Shown piece after piece: positions 1 through 8,135 of a DNA stretch of 21,106 nucleotides. Every line of letters begins with the position of its first letter. Positions within the stretch are counted from its first letter, which is position 1. Where the stretch lies: positions 1 through 21,106 of the forward strand of contig JAVKIP010000032.1 in NCBI GenBank assembly GCA_031459385.1. The letters are read 5' to 3'. This DNA comes from Candidatus Fervidifonticultor secundus. Its GTDB lineage: Bacteria; Sysuimicrobiota; Sysuimicrobiia; Sysuimicrobiales; Humicultoraceae. The notes beneath the pieces are model-generated. The model was given only the letters and a program-made list of their open reading frames with translations, did not search any database and was not told the DNA's origin. Both the position numbers and the translations under genes were made by a program.

Positions 1-127
1 GGGGGCGGTTGAAGGTCGGGGAGGAAGTGGAGATCGTGGGGTTGCGGGCGGAGCCGAAGCGGACGGTGGTGACGGGGCTGGAGATGTTTCGGAAGTCGCT
101 GGACGAGGCGCTGGCGGGGGACAACAT
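1..127 (+). repeat. 127-bp exact terminal direct repeat, left copy (identical to 20980-21106)
   Basis: GGGGGCGGTTGAAGGTC...GGGGACAACAT at 1-127 matches the last 127 nt of the window base for base. Confidence 0.97.
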
Positions 128-488
128 TGGGGTGTTGCTGCGGGGGGTAGAGAAGGACGAGGTGGAGCGGGGGATGGTGCTGGCGAAGCCGGGGTCGATC
201 AAGCCCCACACGGCGTTTGAGGCGGAGGTGTACGTGCTGACGAAGGAGGAGGGGGGGCGGCACACGCCGTTCTTCACGGGGTACCGGCCGCAGTTCTACT
301 TTCGGACGACGGACGTGACGGGGGACATCGCGCTGCCCAGCGGGGTCGAGATGGTGATGCCGGGGGACAACGTGACGATGACGGTGAAGCTGATCACGCC
401 GGTGGCGCTGGAGGAGGGGCTGCGGTTTGCGATCCGGGAAGGCGGGCGGACGGTGGGCGCCGGCGTCGTCACCCGGGTGACCGAGTAG
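1..488 (+). CDS. tuf: Elongation factor Tu, 3' part (copy 1, truncated by window start; frame starts at 3)
   Basis: EF-Tu domain II/III motifs: [65 protein letters not shown]; stop TAG at 486-488. Confidence 0.99.
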   Translation, partial: GRLKVGEEVEIVGLRAEPKRTVVTGLEMFRKSLDEALAGDNIGVLLRGVEKDEVERGMVLAKPGSIKPHTAFEAEVYVLTKEEGGRHTPFFTGYRPQFYFRTTDVTGDIALPSGVEMVMPGDNVTMTVKLITPVALEEGLRFAIREGGRTVGAGVVTRVTE

Positions 489-490
489 CC

Positions 491-652
491 ATGGCCACCG
501 ACCTGCGTCCCATCGTCACCCTGGCCTGCACGGTGTGTCGGCGCCGCACCTACACCACCACCAAGAACAAGCGCAACGATCCCGACCGGCTGGAACGCCG
601 GAAGTACTGCAAGTGGTGCCGCAGGCACACCCCGCACCGCGAGACTCGCTAG
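491..652 (+). CDS. rpmG: 50S ribosomal protein L33, zinc-ribbon (C+) type, 53 aa (absent from the ORF track)
   Basis: Manual translation [53 protein letters not shown]; two CxxC pairs; canonical position after tuf. Confidence 0.97.
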   Translation: MATDLRPIVTLACTVCRRRTYTTTKNKRNDPDRLERRKYCKWCRRHTPHRETR

Positions 653-672
653 GTCGTCTGCGCGCCTGACCC

Positions 673-1653
673 ATGCCGGCGCCCCGGGTCTTCGTGCTGG
701 GTCGCGTGGGCGCCGACCTCTACCCGCTGCAGCTCAACACCCCGCTGGAGGAGATCCGGACCTTCGAGCGGTTCGTCGGAGGGTTCGCCGGCAACGTCGC
801 CACGGGCCTGGCGCGCCTGGGCGTTCACGCCGCAATTCTGTCGGCGGTGGGCGACGACGGTCACGGTCGGTTCATCCGCACCTTCCTGGCCGCAGAGGGC
901 GTCGACGTCACCTGGCTGCGGGTGCACCCGACGCTGCGGACAGCCCTGGCATTCTGCGAGGCCTGGCCGCCCGACCGCTTCCCCATCACCTTCTACCGTA
1001 CGCCCACCTGCCCGGACTGGGAGCTGCAGCCCCACGACCTGCCGCTGGAGGCGCTGGGGGAGGCGGGCCTGCTGTACGTCAGCGGGACGGGATTCGCCCG
1101 CGATCCCAGCCGGACCACGACGTTCGCGGCGATGGCGCGGCGCCCTCGGCCGGCCGGGGCGTCGCTCCTCCCGGCAACGATCCTCGACCTCGACTGGCGC
1201 GAGCAGCTGTGGGACGATCCCGCGGCCTACGCGGCGCAGATCCAGCAGGCGGCCGGGGCGGCCACGGTCCTGCTCGGCAGCACCAGCGAGTTTGCCGCCG
1301 CGCGCCTCGAGCCCGACGCGGCCCTCTCCCTGGGCCCCCGCCTCGTGGTCCTCAAGCGCGGGGCCGACGGTGCCGCGGTGATCGATCGGGCCGGGCGCGT
1401 CGAGGTACCTGGCCTGCCCGTACCGGTGGTGAACGGGCTCGGCGCGGGCGACGCGTTCGCAGCGGCGTTCGGCGCGGGGCTCCTCACCGGCCTGACCCCG
1501 CGCCAGGCCATCGCCCGCGCCAACGCCGCAGGAGCGATCGTGGCGGCGAGGCTCTCGTGCAGCACGGCCATGCCCCGGCCGTGGGAGATCGACGCGCTCC
1601 TGGCCGGCGGGCGGGTCGTCGACGGCGAGGTGGTGGCGGGCGCCGCCGGCTAG
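673..1653 (+). CDS. iolC: 5-dehydro-2-deoxygluconokinase (PfkB family)
   Basis: IolC-type N-terminus GRVGADLYP and FVGGFAGNVATGLARLG, AVGDDGHGRF, FPITFYR; PfkB C-terminal motif VVNGLGAGDAF; adjacent to iolD/iolB. Confidence 0.88.
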   Translation: MPAPRVFVLGRVGADLYPLQLNTPLEEIRTFERFVGGFAGNVATGLARLGVHAAILSAVGDDGHGRFIRTFLAAEGVDVTWLRVHPTLRTALAFCEAWPPDRFPITFYRTPTCPDWELQPHDLPLEALGEAGLLYVSGTGFARDPSRTTTFAAMARRPRPAGASLLPATILDLDWREQLWDDPAAYAAQIQQAAGAATVLLGSTSEFAAARLEPDAALSLGPRLVVLKRGADGAAVIDRAGRVEVPGLPVPVVNGLGAGDAFAAAFGAGLLTGLTPRQAIARANAAGAIVAARLSCSTAMPRPWEIDALLAGGRVVDGEVVAGAAG

Positions 1654-1660
1654 CCAGGCG

Positions 1661-3523
1661 CTACAGGAAGAACCGCTGCCGGCTGCGCGCGTCCTCGTAG
1701 GCTGCCCGCGCCTGCCGGACGCGCTCGGAGGTCGAGACCTCCGCGATCGGCACGTCCCACCACGCCTCGTAGCCCGGAACCCGCTGGTCCAGTGCCACCT
1801 CCACCACGACGACGGTCGTGCGCGTCTCGCGGCGCGCTTCCTCCAGCGCGCTCACCAGGTCGTCGCGGGTCGTCGCCCGGATCGCCCGGGCGCCCAGACT
1901 CGCCGCGTTGGCCGCCAGGTCGATGGGCAGCACGGGGCCGTCCAGCTGCCCGGTGGCATGGTTGCGGGCCCGGTACTCGGTGCCGAAGCCCTCAGAGCCG
2001 ACGGCCATCGACAGCCCCTTGATGCTGGAGAACCCGTGGTTGTCCAGCAGGACGACCGTCACCTTGATGCCCTCCTGCACGGCGGTCACGAGCTCCGAGG
2101 GCATCATCAGATACGACCCGTCGCCCACCATGACGTAGACGTCCCGGGAGGGGTCGGCCAGCCGCACGCCCAGGCCACCGGGAATCTCGTAGCCCATGCA
2201 CGAGTAGCCGTACTCGAGGTGGTACGACCCCGGCGCGCCCGCGCGCCAGAGCTTGTGCAGGTCGCCGGGGAGGCTGCCCGCGGCGCAGACCACCACGTCC
2301 TGCGGCCGCGCAAACGCGTTCACCACGCCGATCACCTCGGCCTGGCTCAGCGGCGGCCCGTGCCGCTGCCCCACGAGCCGCGCCACCTCCGCAGCCCACG
2401 CCGCGCGGAGCTGCGCGACGCGGTCCGCGTACCCGGCGTCGACGTGGTAGCCGGCCAGCCCCTCGCCGAGTTCTTCCAGGGTGACCCTGGCATCGCCGAC
2501 CAGCGCCAGCGCCGCGTGCCGGTACGCCTCCGGCGGCGCGACGTTGATGGCGATGAAGCGCACCTCGGGGTGCTGGAAGGCGGTCGCGGACGCGGTGACG
2601 AAGTCGCCCAGGCGCGTGCCGATGGCCAGCACCAGGTCGGCCTCCCGCGCGATCCGGTTGGCGGCCGCCGTCCCCGTAACGCCGACGCCGCCCAGGTGCT
2701 GCGGGTGCTCGTCGGGCAGCGCGCTCTTGCCGGCCTGCGTCACGGCCACGGGGATGCCGGTCTGCCGCGCGAACCAGTCGAGCGCCGCGCTGGCTTCGCT
2801 GTAGAGGACGCCCCCACCTGCGATGATGAGCGGCCTCGCCGCCCGCCGGATCCAGGCGGCGGCCGCCTGCAGCGCGGCGCGGTCGGCACGCTGCCGGGGA
2901 ATCGTCCAGACGCGGTCGGTGAACAGCGCCTCCGGGTAGTCCCAGGCCTCCACCTGCACGTCCTGGGGGAGCGCCAGGGTGACGGCGCCGGTCTCCGCGG
3001 GCGAGGTCAGCACGCGCATGGCCTCCAGCAGCGCCGCGGGGAGCTGGTCCGGTCGGTTGATCCGGTCCCAGTACCGGGAGATCGGCTTGAAGCAGTCGTT
3101 GACCGAGACGTCCTGCGACCAGGAGACGTCCAGCTGCTGCAGGACCGGGGCGACGGTCCGGCGCGCGAAGATGTCGCCGGGCAGGAGCAGCACCGGCAGC
3201 CGGTTGATGGTGGCGCCGGCCGCGGCGGTCACCATGTTGGTGGCGCCCGGCCCGATGGACGCGGTGCAGGCGAACGTGCGCAGGCGGTTCGACGCCTTGG
3301 CGAACCCTGCGGCCAGGTGGACCATGGCCTGTTCGTTCCGGGCCTGGTAGTAGCGCAGGGCCCGCTGGTGCTGCAGCGCCTCGCCGACGCCCGCGACGTT
3401 ACCGTGGCCGAAGATGCCCCACACGCCGGCGAAGAAGCGCTGGCGGTGGCCATCGCGCTCGGTATACTGGTGCGCCAGAAACGTGATGAGGGCCTGGGCC
3501 ATCGTCAGCCGCCGTGTCCGCAT
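1661..3523 (-). CDS. iolD: 3D-(3,5/4)-trihydroxycyclohexane-1,2-dione acylhydrolase (ThDP-dependent)
   Basis: RLTMAQAL..FL, GIFGHGNVAG, RNEQAM, SIGPGATNMVTAAA, SVNDCFKPISRYWDRI, AAGSLPGDLHKLW, YHLEYGYSCMGYEI, ThDP motif GDGSYLM..N; AGAGGAG RBS upstream. Confidence 0.96.
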   Translation of the reverse strand: MRTRRLTMAQALITFLAHQYTERDGHRQRFFAGVWGIFGHGNVAGVGEALQHQRALRYYQARNEQAMVHLAAGFAKASNRLRTFACTASIGPGATNMVTAAAGATINRLPVLLLPGDIFARRTVAPVLQQLDVSWSQDVSVNDCFKPISRYWDRINRPDQLPAALLEAMRVLTSPAETGAVTLALPQDVQVEAWDYPEALFTDRVWTIPRQRADRAALQAAAAWIRRAARPLIIAGGGVLYSEASAALDWFARQTGIPVAVTQAGKSALPDEHPQHLGGVGVTGTAAANRIAREADLVLAIGTRLGDFVTASATAFQHPEVRFIAINVAPPEAYRHAALALVGDARVTLEELGEGLAGYHVDAGYADRVAQLRAAWAAEVARLVGQRHGPPLSQAEVIGVVNAFARPQDVVVCAAGSLPGDLHKLWRAGAPGSYHLEYGYSCMGYEIPGGLGVRLADPSRDVYVMVGDGSYLMMPSELVTAVQEGIKVTVVLLDNHGFSSIKGLSMAVGSEGFGTEYRARNHATGQLDGPVLPIDLAANAASLGARAIRATTRDDLVSALEEARRETRTTVVVVEVALDQRVPGYEAWWDVPIAEVSTSERVRQARAAYEDARSRQRFFL

Positions 3524-3553
3524 CCTGGGCTCCTCTCGCGCGCCTGTGGCGAT

Positions 3554-4435
3554 TCACTCCATGGCGGGCGACACGACGGGCACGCGCGGGTCACACGCCG
3601 TCCACAGCGCCTTCACCCAGGCGTGGGCCGGGTCTTCGCTGTTCGCCAGCGACTGCGCCGAGCCCGCCAGGAAGTTCAGGTAGTAGCAGGTGTACCCGAA
3701 GGCGGCGCTCACCGGATGGTAGCCTTCGGGGACCAGCACGATGTCGTGGTCGCGGGCCACCACCACCGCGTCCAGCGTGCGGTCGCCGGTGTACACCCGT
3801 TGCAGCGCGAAGCCCTCAGGCCGGTCGAACCGGTAATAGTAGATCTCTTCCAGATCCGCCTCCAGTACGGCGCCGTCGGGCGCCTCGCGGTGCACGTCGT
3901 GCTTGTGGGGCGGATAGCTGCTCCAGTTCCCGCCGGGCGTGTACACTTCGACGCACACCAGGCGGTGGCAGGGGAAGCCCGGCGGAATGATGCTGTTGAT
4001 CTGGCGCGACGCGTTCGCCCCGCCGCGCAGTTCGATCTGGACCTCGGCGGGCGTGACCAGCCGCGCCGGGTAGTCACGGTCGGTCGGCGCCCACGCGCAG
4101 GCGATCTCCAGCACCGCGCTCACCGCCTCCACCGTAAAGGTCGTGCGGCGCGGGACGTAGAGGGCGTAGGGCATGCCCGCGAACACGTTGGGACGCCGGC
4201 CGATCCGCGGCCACGCGCCCCGGTCGGAGGTCACCGCGCACTGCCCGCCCAGCACCACCAACGCCGCCTCGCGTTCCCCGGTGGACGCCGCCCACCGCTG
4301 CCCGGCGAGCAGCCGGCGCACCTCGATCGCCAGGAGATGCCACCCGGCCTGGGCGGGCGTCACCCGGGTGATCACGCCGGGCGCGCCATCGCGCAGGGCG
4401 GGACGCACGTGCAGGGTGTCGCTCGCGTATCGCAT
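3554..4435 (-). CDS. iolB: 5-deoxy-glucuronate isomerase (KduI/IolB cupin)
   Basis: EVYTPGGNWSSYPPHKHD, LEEIYYY, VLVPEGYHPV, YYLNFLAG motifs; directly upstream of iolD on the same strand. Confidence 0.95.
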   Translation of the reverse strand: MRYASDTLHVRPALRDGAPGVITRVTPAQAGWHLLAIEVRRLLAGQRWAASTGEREAALVVLGGQCAVTSDRGAWPRIGRRPNVFAGMPYALYVPRRTTFTVEAVSAVLEIACAWAPTDRDYPARLVTPAEVQIELRGGANASRQINSIIPPGFPCHRLVCVEVYTPGGNWSSYPPHKHDVHREAPDGAVLEADLEEIYYYRFDRPEGFALQRVYTGDRTLDAVVVARDHDIVLVPEGYHPVSAAFGYTCYYLNFLAGSAQSLANSEDPAHAWVKALWTACDPRVPVVSPAME

Positions 4436-4563
4436 CGCCTCGCGCGACAGGAAAAAGTGCGGGGCGGCTGCGAACTCTCTAGCGGCGGCCCACGCCCTCG
4501 CCGGATCGCAGTTGGCTGTCGTATGGCCGGCTTCCTGTCTGACACCGGCCGGGCGGCCTGGCG

Positions 4564-4592
4564 TTGCGGGTGCCGGCGCGGCTTTCTATAAT
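4564..4592 (+). promoter_or_regulatory. Sigma70-type promoter for tRNA-Trp
   Basis: TTGCGG (4564-4569), 17-nt spacer, TATAAT (4587-4592), 12 nt upstream of the tRNA. Confidence 0.75.
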
Positions 4593-4604
4593 ACGTGGTA
4601 ACGT

Positions 4605-4681
<77 letters not shown>

Positions 4682-4714
4682 GGCCGTCGCGATCGCGTAC
4701 CCCGGAGGGCCGTC

Positions 4715-5170
4715 GTGCGTGAGGCGCTGTTGTACCTGCACCTGCTGGGGGTCATCGTCTGGGTCGGCGGCGGTGGGTTGCTGGGCATATGGGGCGCACG
4801 GGCGCGCCGCACCGGCCAGCCCTCCCTGGTGGCGTTCGTGGCGGAGACGATCGCCTGGCTGCTCGACCGCGTCATCGCCCCCGCAGTCGTCATCACTGTC
4901 GCCACCGGCCTGGGACTCGTGGCGGTGCAGGAGTGGGCGCGCCGGCCGCCGGCGTGGCTGATCGCCAAGGTGGCCCTGGTCGTCGCGGGCCTGGTCCTCC
5001 TCGTCGGCGGGCAGCGGCCCACGGCCCGCGCGCTGGTGGCTGCCCTGCACGCCACAGGCCGGCGGTCTGCGGCCCAGGTGCCGGTGCTGGCCCGAAGGCA
5101 GCTACGGCTGGGGATCGCGGGTGGGGTGCTCGCCCTGCTCATCGTGGGCCTGGCGGTGTTCAAGCCCTAG
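4715..5170 (+). CDS. Four-TM membrane protein, DUF2269/CopD/HemJ-like, about 151 aa
   Basis: GTG start at 4715 after GGAGG (the ORF-track start at 4649 lies inside the tRNA); YLHLLGVIVWVGG, IAPAVVITVATG, WLIAKVAL and C-terminal VFKP pattern; four hydrophobic segments. Family assigned from recalled motifs. Confidence 0.7.
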   Translation: MREALLYLHLLGVIVWVGGGGLLGIWGARARRTGQPSLVAFVAETIAWLLDRVIAPAVVITVATGLGLVAVQEWARRPPAWLIAKVALVVAGLVLLVGGQRPTARALVAALHATGRRSAAQVPVLARRQLRLGIAGGVLALLIVGLAVFKP

Positions 5171-5175
5171 GCGGC

Positions 5176-5796
5176 ATGGGCCCGAGCGGGGGCGTGCGCG
5201 GGGCATGGCGCGGGATCGCGAGGCGCGGCAGGCGCGCGGTCCGCACCGGGGTGGCGACGGGCGTGGCTGCGCTGGTGTTCGTCGCGGGCCTCGGCCCGGT
5301 TGCCGGCGACGCAGGAGGTGCGCCGGCCCCGGACCTCTCGCGCGTGCGGGTGCTGGCGGTGGCGCCGTTCCTCGACGAAGATCCGCTCACGCGCCCGTTG
5401 ACGGCTGCCGCCGCCGCCCGCCTGGCCCTGCTGCTCCGCCGGGCGCCCTTCCAGGTCATCGGTCCCAGCATGGCCGCCGCCGCCATGGCCGAAGAGCGCA
5501 TGGGACTGCGTGACCTCGTCAGTCCGTCCCGGAGCATCGCGCTGGCCCAGCGGCTGGGCGCCGACGCGGTCCTCACCGGCCGAGTCATCGAGGTGGACCA
5601 GGGGCGCAGCGGCCGCCCGGGACACGGGGCGATGGGCTTCGAGGCAAAAGCGCGCATCGACTTCCGGGTGCTGGATGCCGGCACACGCCTGAAGCTGCTC
5701 GAGGAGGAGATCGCCTGCGCCGGGAGGCCGCTGGCGGCCGACGCGCTGGAGTGCGTCGTCCAGGCCCTGGCGGCGCGGCTGCTGGGGTCCCGATGA
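5176..5796 (+). CDS. Exported protein, CsgG/HfaB/TolB-N-like alpha/beta fold, about 206 aa
   Basis: Arg-rich then hydrophobic signal-like N-terminus; VLAVAPF...FQVI...ALAQRLGADAVLTGRV...ARIDFRVLD resembles CsgG/FlgO/LpoB-like folds. Start codon uncertain. Confidence 0.6.
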   Translation: MGPSGGVRGAWRGIARRGRRAVRTGVATGVAALVFVAGLGPVAGDAGGAPAPDLSRVRVLAVAPFLDEDPLTRPLTAAAAARLALLLRRAPFQVIGPSMAAAAMAEERMGLRDLVSPSRSIALAQRLGADAVLTGRVIEVDQGRSGRPGHGAMGFEAKARIDFRVLDAGTRLKLLEEEIACAGRPLAADALECVVQALAARLLGSR

Positions 5797-5810
5797 GGGG
5801 CGCCCCTGCC
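5796..5810 (+). repeat. Copy of the tRNA-Trp acceptor-stem ends (AGGGGCG + CGCCCCTGCC); possible att-like scar
   Basis: 5801-5810 CGCCCCTGCC equals 4671-4680; 5796-5802 AGGGGCG equals 4605-4611. Confidence 0.45.
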
Positions 5811-5887
5811 CGGGAAGTCCATGCGCGCGGCCGGAGGCCACGCGCCGCATGCGGGGCACCAACCCCGCGGCCGCGCGGCCGCTGTCG

Positions 5888-5915
5888 TTGACAGCCAGGA
5901 GGAGGCTGTTATAAT
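5888..5915 (+). promoter_or_regulatory. Near-consensus sigma70 promoter for secE-nusG
   Basis: TTGACA (5888-5893), 16-nt spacer, TATAAT (5910-5915) with extended -10 TG at 5907-5908. Confidence 0.88.
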
Positions 5916-5976
5916 AATTGTCACGTTGGCGGCATACGGTGTCTTTTTTTTTGCCCCGATAGCCAGAGGAGCACTC

Positions 5977-6258
5977 ATGGCTCGAACGTCCGATGCGAAG
6001 GTGGCGCCGCGCGCAGCCCCACGGGCGCTTCGGCTCCCGGTTCTGCGCGGCGCGCCCGCCATCGTGGAGCGGATCAGTCGCTACCTGCGCGAGGTGTGGG
6101 TCGAGCTGGGGCGGGTCGAGTGGCCGTCGCGTCGGGAGTTGATCAGCATGACCCTTGTGGTCATCGTGGTGCTGCTGGTCACGGCGACCTACCTCGGCCT
6201 CTTCGACTACGTGTACACGTGGCTGATCAAGCGGTACCTGGTGCAGCCGCCGGTGTAG
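5977..6258 (+). CDS. secE: Preprotein translocase subunit SecE (single TM), 93 aa
   Basis: ATG at 5977 after AGAGGAG; YLREVWVELGRVEWPSRRE motif followed by one TM helix; directly before nusG. Confidence 0.93.
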   Translation: MARTSDAKVAPRAAPRALRLPVLRGAPAIVERISRYLREVWVELGRVEWPSRRELISMTLVVIVVLLVTATYLGLFDYVYTWLIKRYLVQPPV

Positions 6259-6261
6259 GCG

Positions 6262-6909
6262 ATGTCCAACAGAGCGGAAGACATCCTCAAGGGGCTGTTC
6301 GCCGACGAACCGGTGCAGGTCGAGGAGCCAGCGGCCGAGCCCGAGGAGGCCGCGACGCCACGCGACCCGCGGCGGAAGTGGTTCGTCATCCACACCTACT
6401 CGGGCTACGAGGCCAAGGTGAAGTCGAACCTCGAGCGGCGCATCGGCTCCATGGGTATGAAAGACAAGATCTTCCAGGTCCTGATCCCCACCGAGAAAGA
6501 GAAGGAGATCAAGGGCGGGAAACGGCGGGAGGTCGATCGCAAGATCTTCCCGGGCTACGTCCTGGTCGAGGTGCTGGTGGACGAGAAAGGCGAACTGGAG
6601 AACGACACCTGGTACGTGATCCGCAACACGCCGGGCGTGACGGGCTTCGTCGGGTCCGGCGCCCGGCCCATCCCGCTGGAGGACCGCGAGGTGCGGCAGC
6701 TCCTGCGCCAGCTGCGGGACGAGACGCCCAAGTACCGCATCACCTACCAGAAGGGCTCGCCGGTCCGGATCACCTCGGGGCCGTTCATGGACTTCACTGG
6801 CGTGGTGGACGAAATCATGATGGAGAAGGAGAAGGTCCGGGTGCTGGTTTCCATCTTCGGGCGCGAGACGCCCGTGGAACTGGATTTCGGCCAGGTGGAG
6901 AAGCTGTAG
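6262..6909 (+). CDS. nusG: Transcription termination/antitermination factor NusG
   Basis: WFVIHTYSGYE, KIFPGYVLV, IRNTPGVTGFVG, KOW domain GPFMDFTGVV, VSIFGRETPVELDF. Confidence 0.98.
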   Translation: MSNRAEDILKGLFADEPVQVEEPAAEPEEAATPRDPRRKWFVIHTYSGYEAKVKSNLERRIGSMGMKDKIFQVLIPTEKEKEIKGGKRREVDRKIFPGYVLVEVLVDEKGELENDTWYVIRNTPGVTGFVGSGARPIPLEDREVRQLLRQLRDETPKYRITYQKGSPVRITSGPFMDFTGVVDEIMMEKEKVRVLVSIFGRETPVELDFGQVEKL

Positions 6910-6936
6910 GCAGGACCCGGCGGGTGAGGGTGCACG

Positions 6937-7362
6937 ATGGCGAAGAAGGTTGTGGCAATCGTGAAGCTCCAGATTCCGGCGGGGAAGGCCACGCCGGCGC
7001 CGCCCGTGGGGCCCGCGCTGGGCCAGCATGGCGTCAACATCATGGAGTTCTGCAAGGCCTACAACGAGCGCACGGCCAAGATGGCGGGGACGATCGTCCC
7101 GGTGGAGATCACGGTCTACGCCGACCGGACGTTTACGTTCGTGACCAAGACCCCGCCCGCGTCGGTGCTGCTCAAGCAGGCGGCCGGGCTAGAGAAGGGC
7201 TCCGGCGAGCCCAACAAGACCAGGGTGGGGACGGTGACGCGCCAACAGATCCGCGAGATCGCCGAGCGCAAGATGCCCGACCTCAACGCGTCCAGCGTGG
7301 AGGCAGCGATGCGGATGATCGAGGGTACGGCACGGTCGATGGGGCTCGAGGTCGTCGGCTAG
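6937..7362 (+). CDS. rplK: 50S ribosomal protein L11
   Basis: [47 protein letters not shown]. Confidence 0.99.
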   Translation: MAKKVVAIVKLQIPAGKATPAPPVGPALGQHGVNIMEFCKAYNERTAKMAGTIVPVEITVYADRTFTFVTKTPPASVLLKQAAGLEKGSGEPNKTRVGTVTRQQIREIAERKMPDLNASSVEAAMRMIEGTARSMGLEVVG

Positions 7363-7365
7363 GAC

Positions 7366-7402
7366 GACGGGGGGAGGGGGCGCAGACCCCGGGGGAACCG
7401 CC
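7366..7402 (+). promoter_or_regulatory. Putative L1-binding autoregulatory mRNA site before rplA
   Basis: CGG-GGGGA-GGGG(G)-CGCAGA-CCCC-GGGGGAA-CCG gives a two-helix, asymmetric-loop shape with GGGAG, like known L1 target sites; just upstream of the rplA RBS. Confidence 0.45.
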
Positions 7403-7413
7403 GGGAGGAGACC

Positions 7414-8121
7414 ATGAAGCGACACGGCAAGCGCTACGCCGCCGCAGTCAAGCAGATCGAGGCCCGCCGGCTCTATACGCCGGAGGAGGCGATACGGCTG
7501 GTGAAGGCCACGGCGACGGCCAGGTTCGACGAGACGATCGAGGCCCACATTCGGCTCGGTGTGGATCCCAAGCAGGCCGATCAGCAGGTGCGCGGTACCG
7601 TCGTGCTGCCCCACGGAACCGGCAAGGCGGTGCGGGTGCTGGTGTTTGCCAAAGGCGAGAAGGCCAAGGAGGCCGAGGCCGCCGGGGCCGACATCGTCGG
7701 CGCCGAGGACCTGGTCGAGAAGATCCAGGGCGGTTGGCTGGAGTTCGACGTGGCCGTCGCGACCCCCGACGTCATGAGCCAGGTGGGCCGGCTGGGACGC
7801 GTGCTGGGGCCGCGGGGCCTGATGCCAAATCCCAAGGCCGGCACCGTCACGTTCGACCTGTCCCGGGCGGTACGCGAGATCAAGGCGGGCAAGATCGAGT
7901 TCCGCCTGGACAAGACCGGGATCATCCACGTGCCGATCGGGAAGGCCCGCTTCACGGACGCCCAGTTGCTGGAGAACCTGTCGGTGCTGCTGGACGCGGT
8001 AGTGCGGGCCCGGCCCGCGGCCGCCAAGGGCCAGTACATCCGCTCGCTGACGCTGGCGTCGACCATGGGCCCCGGCGTGCGGATCGACCCGGCCAAGGCC
8101 ACGGCCGTCCGCGCGGCCTGA
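7414..8121 (+). CDS. rplA: 50S ribosomal protein L1
   Basis: [59 protein letters not shown]. Confidence 0.99.
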   Translation: MKRHGKRYAAAVKQIEARRLYTPEEAIRLVKATATARFDETIEAHIRLGVDPKQADQQVRGTVVLPHGTGKAVRVLVFAKGEKAKEAEAAGADIVGAEDLVEKIQGGWLEFDVAVATPDVMSQVGRLGRVLGPRGLMPNPKAGTVTFDLSRAVREIKAGKIEFRLDKTGIIHVPIGKARFTDAQLLENLSVLLDAVVRARPAAAKGQYIRSLTLASTMGPGVRIDPAKATAVRAA

Positions 8122-8135
8122 CCCGCCTGACCCGG

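Noticed and set aside
1958..4591. 877-aa plus-strand ORF opposite iolD/iolB
   Set aside because: Antisense shadow ORF expected from high-GC codon bias; no recognisable motifs.
5821..5976. Longer SecE with an extra hydrophobic N-terminus (VIIIVTLAAYGVFFF)
   Set aside because: The apparent TM segment is the translated AT-rich promoter and T-tract; the promoter lies inside it and ATG 5977 has a strong RBS.
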